Assembly: GCF_018350175.1 (NCBI RefSeq)
Contig: NC_058371.1
Span: 79,050,001 to 79,114,000, forward strand
Reading direction: 5' to 3'
Origin: Felis catus
Lineage: Eukaryota
DNA: 64,000 nt
Both the position numbers and the translations under genes were made by a program. Positions within the stretch are counted from its first letter, which is position 1. Each line of letters starts with the position of its first letter. The notes under the pieces are model-generated. The model searched no databases. It was not told the DNA's origin and was given only the letters and a program-made list of their open reading frames with translations. Shown in pieces: positions 11,352 to 23,134 of the stretch.

Positions 11352-13354
11352 TGTCTTGCATTTTTAAAACGTTAAAACACTAGACTAATAGTCGTCAGAA
11401 ATACAGAATGTTTTCTGTGTTATGCCAGTTGTGAAAAGTACGTGTCTATATCAATTCATGGTATTATTATTCTGTGTTTTGTTATCTAGTTCAGTTCTTT
11501 CTCTTGCTAAGTTTTAATAATTTTTAATCATTCAATTATAATCTCAACATTGGTAGTCTCGACTAAAACCTAGTCAGTTTACTTTTCATGTAAATAATGT
11601 AAAGTGTTACTTATAATTTGCTTAAAATTGAGACAATTTTATATAAAATATGCTGTTAAGTAATAGTCCATAAAAGATAATTAAAACTATAATGATGTGG
11701 CTCTAAGTAATTCTTTTACAGAAAGAGTATTGAGCTAAGGATAAAATATTTTGAAAAAAAACTGGTATTGGAGATAAAACTATTCTCTTAGTCTGCATAT
11801 TTTTCCATTCCACTCCATAGTTTTTAATTCTCAGGTACACAAATAGTAGTCATAAAAAAATATGAAATTGAATTTAGGCATCTTCCCTCGTTGCATTAGA
11901 ATTCTCGAATACTTGCAAGCCGTAAGGTCACTGGGTACAATTAAAGGGTCCAAGATGAAGAAGCCATTGCAGTGAAGTGAGAGCAGATGCTAAGAGGGAA
12001 AAACGGAATAATTGAAACCTGCCTAAATGTGACACTCAGGCAAATGTTAAAGCATTATATTTTAAATGTTCTCTGAGAGCTTATTTACAGAATGTTTTGC
12101 TGAAAATATTATAAAGAAAAATGCCATTAACCTAGGGTAAATAACCTCCTAGTATATCTATTGGATAAACTTTTATAAATACATACATACAACTGCTTAA
12201 GGTAGATCCTATTTAGCAGACTTGCTGGTTTGAGGAGGTGTGCATGGGGCCCTTTCTATGGGTTTTCTGCCCAGCATGTGTTCTAGCATCTGACCAGTTC
12301 TTTTTGGCCTGAGCCTATGGAGGATCGTGCTGGGGCTCAGGAAGGCACAGTAAATTAAGCTGTGCACTGTAGTCTGTTTCCAGGTCACTGCCTTCTGCCT
12401 CTTTCTCATACCTTATTCACCCTTTGACCTTGTTAGAACAGTAATGTTTCTTCATAAAACATCCTTAATGAGACTATTTACCTTGCATACCCAATGAGAT
12501 CATGCTTTGTGTAATAAATTCTGTGCTCGAACATGTGCCAAGAAGGCAACCCTTGCAGCTGTTAAAGAATTAACTTTTTAACTGAGGGAGGGAACTTTTG
12601 CTTGGCGTCCACAGCTATCATGGCTCTGTTTTTCTTATTTTAAGTATGTTATAAAACTAGATGGAGGTTTTCTCTACTTTTTTTTTTTTTTGCTTATTTG
12701 TGTTTTGTTTTGCGTATACAGTTGTATCAATCTTGAGCATGGCATAGTTATTCCTAAAGAATGCGAATTTACAAAGCAGATAAATAATGTTTATTTTCTT
12801 AAGAGTGTTCATTTGATTTCAAATATCTATTTGTGCAAAGAACTCAACTCTCAGGTGCAATGGAACTTAGGAACTTTATTTTTAATCAGAAGTAGTAGGT
12901 TCTTCCCCCATGAATTCTATTTTTCATACAGACCAGTTTGAATTCTGCCTCTTGGTATCTCCTTCCATGAGGATTACGGTGTCTTCACACGGAGCAAAAG
13001 CATAAAGCCTGGGTTGCCTGCTACAGGAGCAGCCCCCGAGTCCACAGAAGTTGACTGTTCTGCCCAAGGAATTAGGAGAGAAAATATCTTGTGGATTGGT
13101 ACAGGCTGTTATATGCCTCCTGTTAAAGAGATTAATAATCTCTTCAGTACAGGTAACCTAATGGTAACCTTGCCAAAAATTTAAGTCATTTGAGGGCTTG
13201 GCCCTTTTTCACACCCCTTTGGCCTCTTGGTTTGATGTCATCTGCAAACCTAATGGGGTTTCTCTCTTCTGTTTTTCCATGTCATTACAGTAGCCCACCA
13301 CCTGCTGACTCTGCCACAGTCACAAGTGCCATCCTTGTGACCCCCTGCAAACCA

Positions 13355-13495
13355 CTGCACCCCCCTGTACGATGGGGATGACAATAGTACCTACCCCACA
13401 AGGCCCTTAGGAGGATTAAATGAGATATTTTTAAAAGATGGTGTCCTAGCACTTAACATACAGATCCCCAATCAATGGTAGCTCTTTACTATTGC
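13355..13495 (+). mobile_element. MIR fragment
   Basis: tgtacgatggggatgacaatagtacctaccccacaagg...gaggattaaatgagat (MIR core). Confidence 0.8.
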
Positions 13496-14509
13496 TTTTT
13501 CCCCACTAAGAAAATTACATAGTCTCAGGATTAGAAGAAAACCAAAGAGCCCATTTTAAATACAGAACTAAAGCAAACAGTCCTGTAGCTTATAGTGGTG
13601 AAACTGTTTCTAACAAACAAGGTGTGACTGCTGGGGGATAGGGTGGAAGAGAGCATAGAGGACTTGACGTGTTTTTTTCCATGGTGCTGGACCTTCTTCC
13701 AGGCATGCATTCTGACATCGCAGTATTTGTCTTTTGAGCTTATTTTGGAAAAATACTTCTAAATTTATTTCTTACCACATTTATAGGGGTAAGGGATTTA
13801 TTCCTGTTTCTCAAACAAATATGAACCAGAGAAGTTCCTTTCAGACAAATGAAAGGCCGGAACGTACAGTGGAGGTCTGATGTTCTTCCATTGTGGGGCC
13901 ACTGGATCTCAGTAACTCATTGAATCACGTTTTTCTACCTTTGGACAGAACTGCACTCAGGCAAGCAGGATGCCTGTCTACCTATTACTTTAGAGTTTTT
14001 AGAAAATAATATTACGTGCTCTTGCTGGTAATTCATTCCAGGCTCTCTCCATAATGCATTCCAGAACACTTGAAGGAAATTCTCCTGATATCTAATCTCA
14101 ATCCCTTCTTCTGCCCTTTAAACCCTTTATATCTTATCTTAACTTCAATGGGGATAGAAAGCAGATCCTCACCAGGGTTTGCCACGTGCCTTGTTAAGTT
14201 TTCGAAATTGCTATTTCATCTCTCACGTCCCTCCTCACCCTCTACTGTAGAATAAGTCGATCCCAGTCTTTTCCCACTTTTTTTTCCCTCTTCACTAAGC
14301 ATTTTTTGTCCAGGGCTTTGTGGGTAAAAGATTTGTCATTTTGTTGTTCCCCCTGAGACTTCCTTGGGGTATGTATCAGCACATAAATGGCAAGGTGCAG
14401 GTAGAAGGTGTTCCATGTAACCAGCCCATGGACCACCCCAGCTGGCCTTGAGGTGCCGGCTACTTCCCTGCCCCACCACTGCTTACCGTTCTGTGGGAGT
14501 AGGGCCCCA

Positions 14510-14720
14510 GGGATGCCACGGGCATGGTTAAGCGTCTGACTGTCCGTTTTGGCTCAGGTCATGATCTCACAGTTCGCGGGTTCGAGCCCCATGTCAGGTT
14601 CTGTGCTAACCGTGCAGAGCCTGCCTGGGATTCTCTCTCTCCCTGTCTGTCTGCCCTTCCCATTCTCATACTGTCTCTGTCTCTCTCTAAATAAATAAAT
14701 AAACTTAAAAAAGAAAAGAA
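14510..14720 (+). mobile_element. Can-SINE, sense, degraded head
   Basis: ggttaagcgtctgac...ggctcaggtcatgatctcacagttcgcgggttcgagcccc...; (taaa)n tail. Confidence 0.88.
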
Positions 14721-15399
14721 GTCGTGCCACAGAGAGCTTTGGACCTACGATTTATGCTCAGCCCTGCCACTCAATCCTATGGCAGTCTCTTGCTTTAATA
14801 CAAACCTACCACCAAGAGGCCATTTCTCTGACATTGTTTGTTTCCTCTTGTAAGATTCTTGCTTGATTTAAAGTAGTCTCAACCTGGCCAGACCTCGAAG
14901 ACATGCTGCTTCACCTTCATAAGTCTGGCTGTCTATGTAGCCCCCAGAAGTACCTCGTAGGGAGGTGCTGACTTTGCACCTTTCTGACTTTGTACCTCTG
15001 GCAGGGAAAGTGTCAGAATACGTCATTGGGGGTTGTCTTCAGAACCTTGTTACCCTCTCTGCACAATTAGTGGACCCCTATTCTGACTGCCTCGGATTCC
15101 CCTGAGTCTCTCTTCTGAGATTTGGCTTCTGGTCTGAGGGACTCCCCTCTTTGAGGGGAGGTCAGTTGTGCTTAAATTTGGGTGGATTCCCAGCACAGGA
15201 AGGTGGCCTGGTCCACATGGGTCTTCCGTATAACATGAATCACACTAGAAGCAAACCAGGACATGGTGGGAATTGATGGCAGAGGGGTATTGTAAATTGT
15301 GACCTCCCGTAGAAAGATACAACAACTTCTCCCTGCCATTGTCTTACTCTCCAAATATATTGTCAGTACCACCGACCCCAAACTTATCATTGCCCGCTT

Positions 15400-15560
15400 C
15401 ATAGACCTAATTACTTTCTTATGTATTGATCGAACGTCCCCAAGATTGTTATCTCTTGTCTAGGCTCAGATCTTGTTACTCAACATTGCACTGCTCACAA
15501 AAACAGCCTACCTCTACACAGTGGGTGGATATTGGTTACCTGCTAAGTAGTGAATAAATA
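15400..15560 (+). mobile_element. Possible L2 3' end fragment
   Basis: Degenerate L2-like terminus ending gtagtgaataaata. Confidence 0.4.
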
Positions 15561-15667
15561 TATTCTACGGTAGCCACAAAATTATATTTATTAAAGATAC
15601 AAAGATGTCTATAGATACCCTGTGCACGTATTAAAATTAAACATATGGAGATCCACTCATTCAGAAT

Positions 15668-15835
15668 GTCTTTTTTCCTCAGGTTTATTGAGGTTATGAT
15701 TAACAAATAAAAGATTATATATATTTAAGGTGTACTACATGGTATTGTGATATAATGTGCATGTATAATGATTACCACAAGCTAATTCGCATAATACATC
15801 ACCTCATATAGTTATCATCTGCGGGCCTGTGTGAT
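15668..15835 (-). mobile_element. L1 3' UTR fragment (L1MA/L1MB-like)
   Basis: tttattgaggttatgattaacaaataa...tatatttaaggtgtactacatgg...catcacctcatatagttatca. Confidence 0.75.
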
Positions 15836-17008
15836 GTGGAAAGTCTTTTAATGTGGTCAGAAGTTAGGTTTCAGTTTGTCTTAGCATGTGTTCTATGCTA
15901 ATAACATTGATAATGCCTGTTAATGTATTAAATTTTGTACATTAACATGAGACTATTCAGAGATACTTTTTAAAACACTGTCTTCAAGTTCTTTAACCAC
16001 TCAAGGAGTATTTATAAACAGTTGAAATGCACTTTTTTATTATCCATTGAGAAGCTAATCATTTATTCCTAAAGCAGTGTAGGCACATTGCCCCTGGATG
16101 GTCGCCCCACTCCCATTAGTATGTACTGCCTTGGGAACAATATGTGCTCTTTTTCCTGTTAGTACCAGTTAGAGAGGTTTTGCTGCAAAACTATTAAACC
16201 TATAGAATGGTGACATTCCTTCCTTTGGTTCTATGACACAGAAATACTCAGTTGTCCCCCTAACTCTCTGAGCACATCTTCTCTGGCAGTAGGAAAGCAA
16301 AGAGAAGCCACGCAAACAAAGAGGATGAGGAGGATAGGGCAAACGGGAGCAAGGTGAGGGTGGCAAGAGAGAAGAGAGAGGAATGGGTGGGTACTGTCAC
16401 TGTCCTGTGGCTTCAAACCAGAAATTATATTTGGCCCGTGAACAGAAAATCCATGTTTTTGTATAACCTCAGTCTATTCTCTCTAATGTTTACTGCCAAG
16501 ACCTAAAACTTCAAGACATTTCTAAGATGACAGAATTCTCACTTTAAATTTCTCCAGTGAAATGTCATGATTGAAAAAAATCTCATACTAGTCTTTTATT
16601 CTACCCCAGAAGGCGCAGGGGGAAGGCTGTCCTGATTACCCATTTCTTGAACTAAAATATCTCTAATTGAACATACTTGAGAAAGATCACGATGAAAGTA
16701 ACATGAACCATGGGAGAGTCCCATCCCACCATCTTACTGTGAGATGCAAAAATGAAATCATTCCTATCCAGCCATCATTCTTCCACACCAGTAGTTTGTC
16801 AAAAACTATGTTACAGGTCCTGTCCACCTTGGGACATAGAGTAAACCACAAAGGAAGACCTGCCATGCCATGTCTCAAGGCCTTTGTGAATCATGAGATC
16901 TCAATGGGAATTCTTCACACTTTTTATAAGGTTCCACCAGATGCGCCCTGCTTGCTGTTCTGCATATTGGTCAAGATAGGAAGCAGGGCTTCCCCACTGC
17001 ACAGCTCC

Positions 17009-17027
17009 GGGGGGGGGGGGGGGGGGG
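17009..17027. repeat. G19 homopolymer
   Basis: Direct reading. Confidence 0.9.
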
Positions 17028-17248
17028 AGAACAATCGTGGAGAGCCTGTAGAGTTCTGTCCTCCAGCAGTGCCAGGAAAAAGTAGCTGCCCAGATGTTGC
17101 TGGTAATTAAGGACTTGGCAGCTGAGGGCAGCCAGGAAGCACATAGTAGTTACTGTAATATCCACATAGAATGAGTGAAACTCCTTTAGGTCCAAGTGGG
17201 ACTGGGACATGTTTAAATTCACATTAATGTACCCCTCCATGCACCCTT

Positions 17249-17265
17249 CCCCCCCCCCCCCCCCC
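17249..17265. repeat. C17 homopolymer
   Basis: Direct reading. Confidence 0.9.
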
Positions 17266-19100
17266 ACATACACACAGCTGTTGTTGGCACTTAAGAAATG
17301 AAGTGTGGCTGTGGCCACCTGGGAGCATGGGTCCCCAAGCCCAATGCCCATTAACTCCATGTTAATTTAGTAAGGTGGTTTGTAGGCAGTGCTAAGACCC
17401 CCAATTTATGTTCACTGATGCTTTGGATAATGGAAACATGCTTATTAAGGATCTTTGGCAAAAGATTTTCCTGTGTAATTAGCAAACATCTTAATTATAC
17501 ACTTGGATTTGAAGCTGTGGCTAATCTTAAAGTATAAAAATAATGCAAATTAGATAAAGAAGGATTAGAAGGGAAACCATATAGCATAACTCCATTAATA
17601 GAGTATAATAATTTATTAAAGTTTCTCAAAATGTGAATTTGAAATAAATTCAGCATTTATTAAGTACCCATAAGCATAATGGAAAGGATGTTTTAGGAAT
17701 GTGTAAGACACTATTACCAACTTTTAGGAACTTTCATTTTAGAATATAACACGTATTAGAAGAGCAGCATAAACTTTCCAAACACTTTAGAAAGGCTACT
17801 TCGAGTAATATAAGTATAACTAATTATGTATCTCCCCGTGCTTTTAGAAAAGATATTGGATGGATACACATGGCTGCAAAATCTACACACTGAAGATATT
17901 TATTACCTTGAGCTGTTTAAATAAATACAGATTATTACTCAGTTCCAAGCGTGTCCCACATATATTCCCAAAATCATAGGCTAAAGTTAAGTGTAACTGA
18001 AATACCAAACATAATGTTGATAATCTCTTCAATAGGTTATGCTACAAGCCATAGCCTTGTGGATAAGTGCTAGAGAAAATGTTCATGATATTTTATAGCA
18101 TTGACCTTAAGTCAGCCATGAAAATAAACACAGCAGTATAGACCTAAGGCCAAAAAGAAATATGATTTTTACAATTAATTTGCAAGCAAATATCACTTTT
18201 AATAAAATTTGAAACTATAACCCTTGGCTGTTGCTAGTCAATCAAATTACAGTTATCATCAGATGTAGTCTTATAAAGAAGGAGGACATTTTAATGAACT
18301 GGAATATTTTTACTATTCGAAGAATTATGGAAAGAATGGGAGTAACACTGAAATATTACTTCAGGTGTCAGCAGTAACTTTCAACATGTTTTTATTTTTC
18401 TTATCCATTTAGCCCTCTATGACATAGGAGAGGGGAGCCTTACCATCTCCATTTCTCCTTGAGGCTTAGAGAAAAGTGTATGTGACCCAGGCAGTTCCCA
18501 AGTATCTAATTCCCCAAATAATCAGTATGCTATCGATGAGGCACTTTGCTGATATTTTTCTTGGTTGGTAGCTCACTCATTTGTCAGAAGCATCTTAGTT
18601 ACATACCGTAAGTTTAGCACTACTGTGCAGTACTTGTCGACAGCTTCCCATTAGCACATGTGAATATGATACATTTGCTTTTCATTAAAACAATTCCAAA
18701 CATCAGATTTTTTCTGCCAGAAATCTTTTATTGATGGAGGTAGTCTGTTAAGAAATGAAACGATTTGAAATGACTGCTTTAAAATTGTTTTGCTAATTTT
18801 AAAACTCCTTAAAATATAGGAATTCTATCTTTTAAGCCCAGTTCCAGTATTTAATAGATGTGTGGCAGGTAGATCTATTGTTGGCCAGTGGCTTGTCGTT
18901 CATCTAAATTGGTAAGTGTTTCTGTGATGAATGTGGTAAAGATTAATGGCCATGATTGTAATCATGAATGGTTATTTCTAAAATCAAGCTAATTAGTGTG
19001 GCATATTTCTACTCTACATTAAATGTGTATGCTAGAAGTCCCTCACGTGTTTGAACTAAGTAGAGTTTTGAAATGCTTCAGTGAAATTGAAAACCTTACA

Positions 19101-19309
19101 GGCGCGCCTTGCAGGATGGCTCAATTGAGCGTCATACTTTGGCTCAGGTCATGATCTCACAGTTTGTGGGCTTGAGCCCTGTGTCAGGCTCTGTGTTGAA
19201 AGCATGGAGCCTGGAGCCCGCTTTGGATTATGTGTCTCCCTCTCTCTCTCTCTGCCCCTGCCCCTCTCGCACTCTGTCTCTCTCTCAAAAATAATAAAAA
19301 TAAAATAAA
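19101..19309 (+). mobile_element. Can-SINE, sense
   Basis: Perfect TSD gaaaaccttaca at 19089-19100 and 19310-19321. Confidence 0.92.
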
Positions 19310-19408
19310 GAAAACCTTACAATTGCAAATAAGTTATTACTGTAGCTCTAAGCTCAATTTGGCATTTCTAAGCTTTCTTTTCTTTTTATCCTTTAAGTCA
19401 TACATCAA

Positions 19409-19618
19409 GGGGCACCTGGGTAGCTCAGTCGGTTAAGCATCCGACTTCGGCTCAGGTCATGATCTCACAGTCTGTGAGTTCGAGTCCCATGTCAGGCTCT
19501 GTGCTAACAGCTCAGAGCCTGGAGCCTGCTGCAGATTCTGTGTCTCCCTCTCTCTCTGCCCCTCCCCTGCTCCCCTGCCCCTCCCCTGTCTCTCTTTGTC
19601 TCAAAAAACAAACAAACA
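19409..19618 (+). mobile_element. Can-SINE (SINEC_Fc-like), sense
   Basis: ggggcacctgggtagctcagtcggttaagcatccgacttcggctcaggtcatgatctc; internal cccctg duplication; (aaac)n tail. Confidence 0.92.
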
Positions 19619-19803
19619 GTTATCTGTCTACCCATTGACCCCACACACCTGCCATCCAAAACCCAACCTCCCATCTACCTTCCAGTCTCCCTTACATCTC
19701 CCCATTCTTTCATTTCTCGTCTATTTTAAGTGCCCTTGAGAAAAATGAGAAAGAAAAGCAGTTTCTGTTAAAATTAATACTTACTGATCCTTTGGTTTTA
19801 ATT

Positions 19804-19937
19804 AAAATGACCACATTATATTTATTGTCCAAAATATGGCACTTGTAAGAATAAACAGGGCATTATTGGTAATCATGCCGGGAAAACCAGCATAAACCAG
19901 GGCTGTTCTGGGTAAATCAGAACATAATGTCACTTGT
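19804..19937 (-). mobile_element. MER94-like hAT-Blackjack element
   Basis: tgaccacattatatttattgtccaaa...cattattggtaatcatgccgggaaaaccagcataaaccagggctgttctgggtaaatcagaacataatgtcac follows the recalled MER94 consensus end to end. Confidence 0.7.
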
Positions 19938-20619
19938 ACATAACAAGTTCTCCAAAAAATCTGAGGTGAGATTCTAATATCGTAGTATGATATTTTTTAG
20001 TTAGATTATATGATATGTGAATTGTTGATTTGTATTCAAAATATAGAGTGGGTCAGATTTTTAAATATTGTATATGTGTGCGTTGGTGTAATTTAAACAT
20101 GGTTTTTTGCAGCATTAATTCCTATAATGTAGTTAGCTTAGTAGTTAGCTCTCCAATTTGAAATCACCTAGATATTTAATTTATTCCATCTTGTTGCCTT
20201 GCTTTGGGGTTGATTGCTCTCCCATTAATCCAGTGGAAATCTATAAATCACTTTCTCCAGGTATACCATTCACCAGCGTGCCACGGGGTCTGTAAACGAG
20301 GAGGAACACCCAGTCTTTGTGTTTCAGTGGTTCACAGTGTAACTGGGGATTAGGGCTAGCAGAATTTATGCCAAATAACCGCATAAGCCAGCGATGACAC
20401 ATGGACCAGAACAGGAAGAGTAAGTGGTAGAGAAGTACAGGAACTAGTAAAGGGGCCAGCAAAGCTAATTAGAGGGAGCAGAGACTGCATTAGAATAAGA
20501 CCCATTCTAGCACTTGTTGGCAACCTGGTGGAAAATAGGCGGGAGTTACTGGTTTATCTAAGAGTTAATGGAGACATATGTAACTTATTAGCATATGAAG
20601 TAATTTTACCTTCCTCTGA

Positions 20620-20815
20620 ACGCTCATCTCTATCATGTGTTCGCTGTGTGATCTTAGACCTACCTATTTCTTAACCCTTCTGGCCTGTTTCCTCATTATA
20701 AAATAAGAAACTTAATGGTGCCTACTCATAAAATTGTTAAATTGGTTAATTAATATAAAACATTTAGGACTGTGCCCGATATTAGAAAATCACTGAGAAG
20801 GCTCTATTTCTGTTA
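20620..20815 (+). mobile_element. MIR, about 125 nt upstream of the exon 5 acceptor
   Basis: gctgtgtgatcttag...ggcctgtttcctcattataaaataag...catttaggactgtgcccga. Confidence 0.7.
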
Positions 20816-20940
20816 CTGTGACAAGACATCTTTAAAAGAAAAGTAGTCAACTAAGTCAATGTTTAATTGTAACTTACCTCATGTAAGGTATCCCAATCCT
20901 AATTTAAATTTCCCCTTATTATTTACAATTTCTTTTACAG

Positions 20941-21288
20941 CTCGAAAGTCAAAGAAGTTGGGCAAGTTAAAAGGTATTCACGAGGAGCAGTCACAGCAGC
21001 AGCCCCCGCCCCCTCCCCCACCCCCCCAGAGCCCCGAGGAGGGGACAACGTACATAGCTCCTGCAAAAGAGCCCTCGGTCAACTCAGCGCTGGTTCCTCA
21101 GCTGTCCACAATCTCACGAGCGCTCACGCCTACCCCTGTTGCGATCCTTGAAAACATCGAGCCTGAGATCGTGTATGCAGGCTACGACAACTCAAAACCA
21201 GACACAGCCGAAAACCTACTCTCCACTCTAAACCGCTTAGCAGGCAAACAGATGATCCAAGTCGTGAAGTGGGCAAAGGTACTTCCAG
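20941..21288 (+). CDS. NR3C2: Mineralocorticoid receptor exon 5 (348 nt, phase 1-1): NLS, Q/P hinge, LBD helices 1-3
   Basis: Acceptor tttcttttacag| and donor ccag|gtaggc. Translates (A)[34 protein letters not shown]...[23 protein letters not shown](G), the MR-specific sequence including N770 and Q776 equivalents. Confidence 0.98.
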
Positions 21289-21865
21289 GTAGGCATGCCT
21301 CTCCTTTCAAGGTCTGCATCCTGAAGAAGAGAAGTCAGGGCAACACATTTCACCATCTCCCCAAGAGTGCAGTTGGAGTTAGCTTTCTGTCAGGTCCTCA
21401 TACCAAATTTTGTAATCGCTACCAAACTAATGAGGTGTGTAGGGAAAATCTGTCAATGTGCTCATTTCTCCTGAGCTGTTAGGGCTAAGGGTTCTGTTGT
21501 TAATCTACGTTTCTTGTGCTGGTGATTGAAATAGGACATTTCCACCTCGAAATATCGATAAGGTGAAATACATTCTGTTTGTGAAAACGCAAGTTGAGCC
21601 CATTATTAGCAGCTCATAACCAGAGCTAATCTGAGCATAGACCAGTAAACCATGACCTATCAAGTAAGTTGTAGGAAATCCTGAAAGACTGTTCTTTCTG
21701 AAAATACCATCTTGCCTCCAGCACCCTTTAAATTGTCCTTGAAATTCCTACTGTAGTCACTTTTTATGCTATAGAATTTTATTAATAAAGTCCTTCTTAA
21801 TCTACAGAAACATCACTTAGAATTGTTATCACATTGTCCCAGTTCGTTAATCAAAGCAGTTTCTT

Positions 21866-22070
21866 GGGGCGCCTGGGGGGCTCTTTCTGTTGAGCATTTG
21901 ACTGGATTTTGGCTCAGGTCATGATCTCATGGTCATGACATTAAACCCTGTGTCAGACCCTGCACTGGGCATGGATCCTGGTTAAGATTCTCTCTCTCCC
22001 TCTCTCTCTGCCCCTCTTTTCCACTCGCACTGTCTCTGTCTCAATAATAATAATAATAATAATAATAATG
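21866..22070 (+). mobile_element. Can-SINE, sense, intron 5, (AAT)n tail
   Basis: ggggcgcctggggggctc...; imperfect TSD aagcagtttctt / aagcaatttctt. Confidence 0.88.
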
Positions 22071-22626
22071 TAATTTATAAGCAATTTCTTGGATTACCTA
22101 TGGTCAGCCAAGAGGCATAAGAAAAAAGATTGGGGAAAGCTCTGATGATTGGGTCTGTGAAGAGGAATATGCCCTGGTGAAACTCTGCAAACAGAAGAAT
22201 ACCATGATGTCCCTGGGAATACAGGGGGTGAGAAAAGGAACAAAAGATGGGCTGATGTAAGCCCAGAAATGAAGACTGTAAGAGAGAGGAGGACAGATGC
22301 CAAAGATACTTACTCTACTTTATACCTTTGTTGAAGTCCAGTATTCTCCCAGACGAGGGGAAACAAGGAATAGTACTTTTTCAACCACTGCAAATTCACA
22401 AAAGTTAACTATAGATATGTAGGAGTTGACAGTTATTAAAATAGTCTTTATTTGAATGTTAATGTGAATAGGATGAAGCAAGTTTTACAAGTTAACACAA
22501 ATTCTTTCAGTCTAACCAAAGGTTTTAGACCATTACCCACAGTGAAGCTGTCTGAACTCCCTGGTTTTGTTTGTTCTGGCAGTTCACCCTCACTGAAAGT
22601 TTAGGGTGAATTTAAAATGAAATGTT

Positions 22627-22802
22627 GGAGAGTCTGGGTGGCTCAGTAGGTTAAGCGTCCAACTCTTGATTTCGGCTCAGGTCATGATCTCACGGTTCAT
22701 GAGATTGAGCCCAAGTGGGGCTCTGCACTGACAGGGAGGAACCTACTTGTGATTCTGTCTCTCTCTTCCCCTCCCCTGCTCGCACACACATGCATCCATG
22801 CG

Positions 22803-22840
<38 letters not shown>

Positions 22841-22858
22841 AAATAAATAAACTTAAAA
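22627..22858 (+). mobile_element. Can-SINE, sense, intron 5, with expanded (CT)n
   Basis: ctgggtggctcagtaggttaagcgtccaactcttgatttcggctcaggtc; (CT)n at 22806-22837; aataaataaataaa tail. Confidence 0.9.
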
Positions 22859-22954
22859 TAAGATGTTAAACAGGGCCATGCCCATGGTGGGTGCTCCTTA
22901 AATGGCTATTGAATTGATCTGAGTCTGTTAGAGAAAGGTGACTATTTGGGGTTG

Positions 22955-23134
22955 NNNNNNNNNNNNNNNNNNNNNNNNNNNNNNNNNNNNNNNNNNNNNN
23001 NNNNNNNNNNNNNNNNNNNNNNNNNNNNNNNNNNNNNNNNNNNNNNNNNNNNNNNNNNNNNNNNNNNNNNNNNNNNNNNNNNNNNNNNNNNNNNNNNNNN
23101 NNNNNNNNNNNNNNNNNNNNNNNNNNNNNNNNNN
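22955..23134. other. Assembly gap (180 N) covering the exon 6 acceptor and most of exon 6
   Basis: Run of N ending in mid-exon. Confidence 1.

Noticed and set aside
16667-17360. 147-aa and 129-aa ORFs with poly-Gly or poly-Pro
   Set aside because: Glycine and proline runs come from the G19 and C17 homopolymers; no protein family signal.
19919-19933. AGAACA-taa-TGTCAC, GRE-like
   Set aside because: Lacks the critical C in the second half-site and lies in the MER94 terminal repeat.
20859-20940. N-terminal part of the 207-aa ORF as a coding start
   Set aside because: It is the branch point and pyrimidine tract of intron 4; true coding begins at the AG at 20939-20940.
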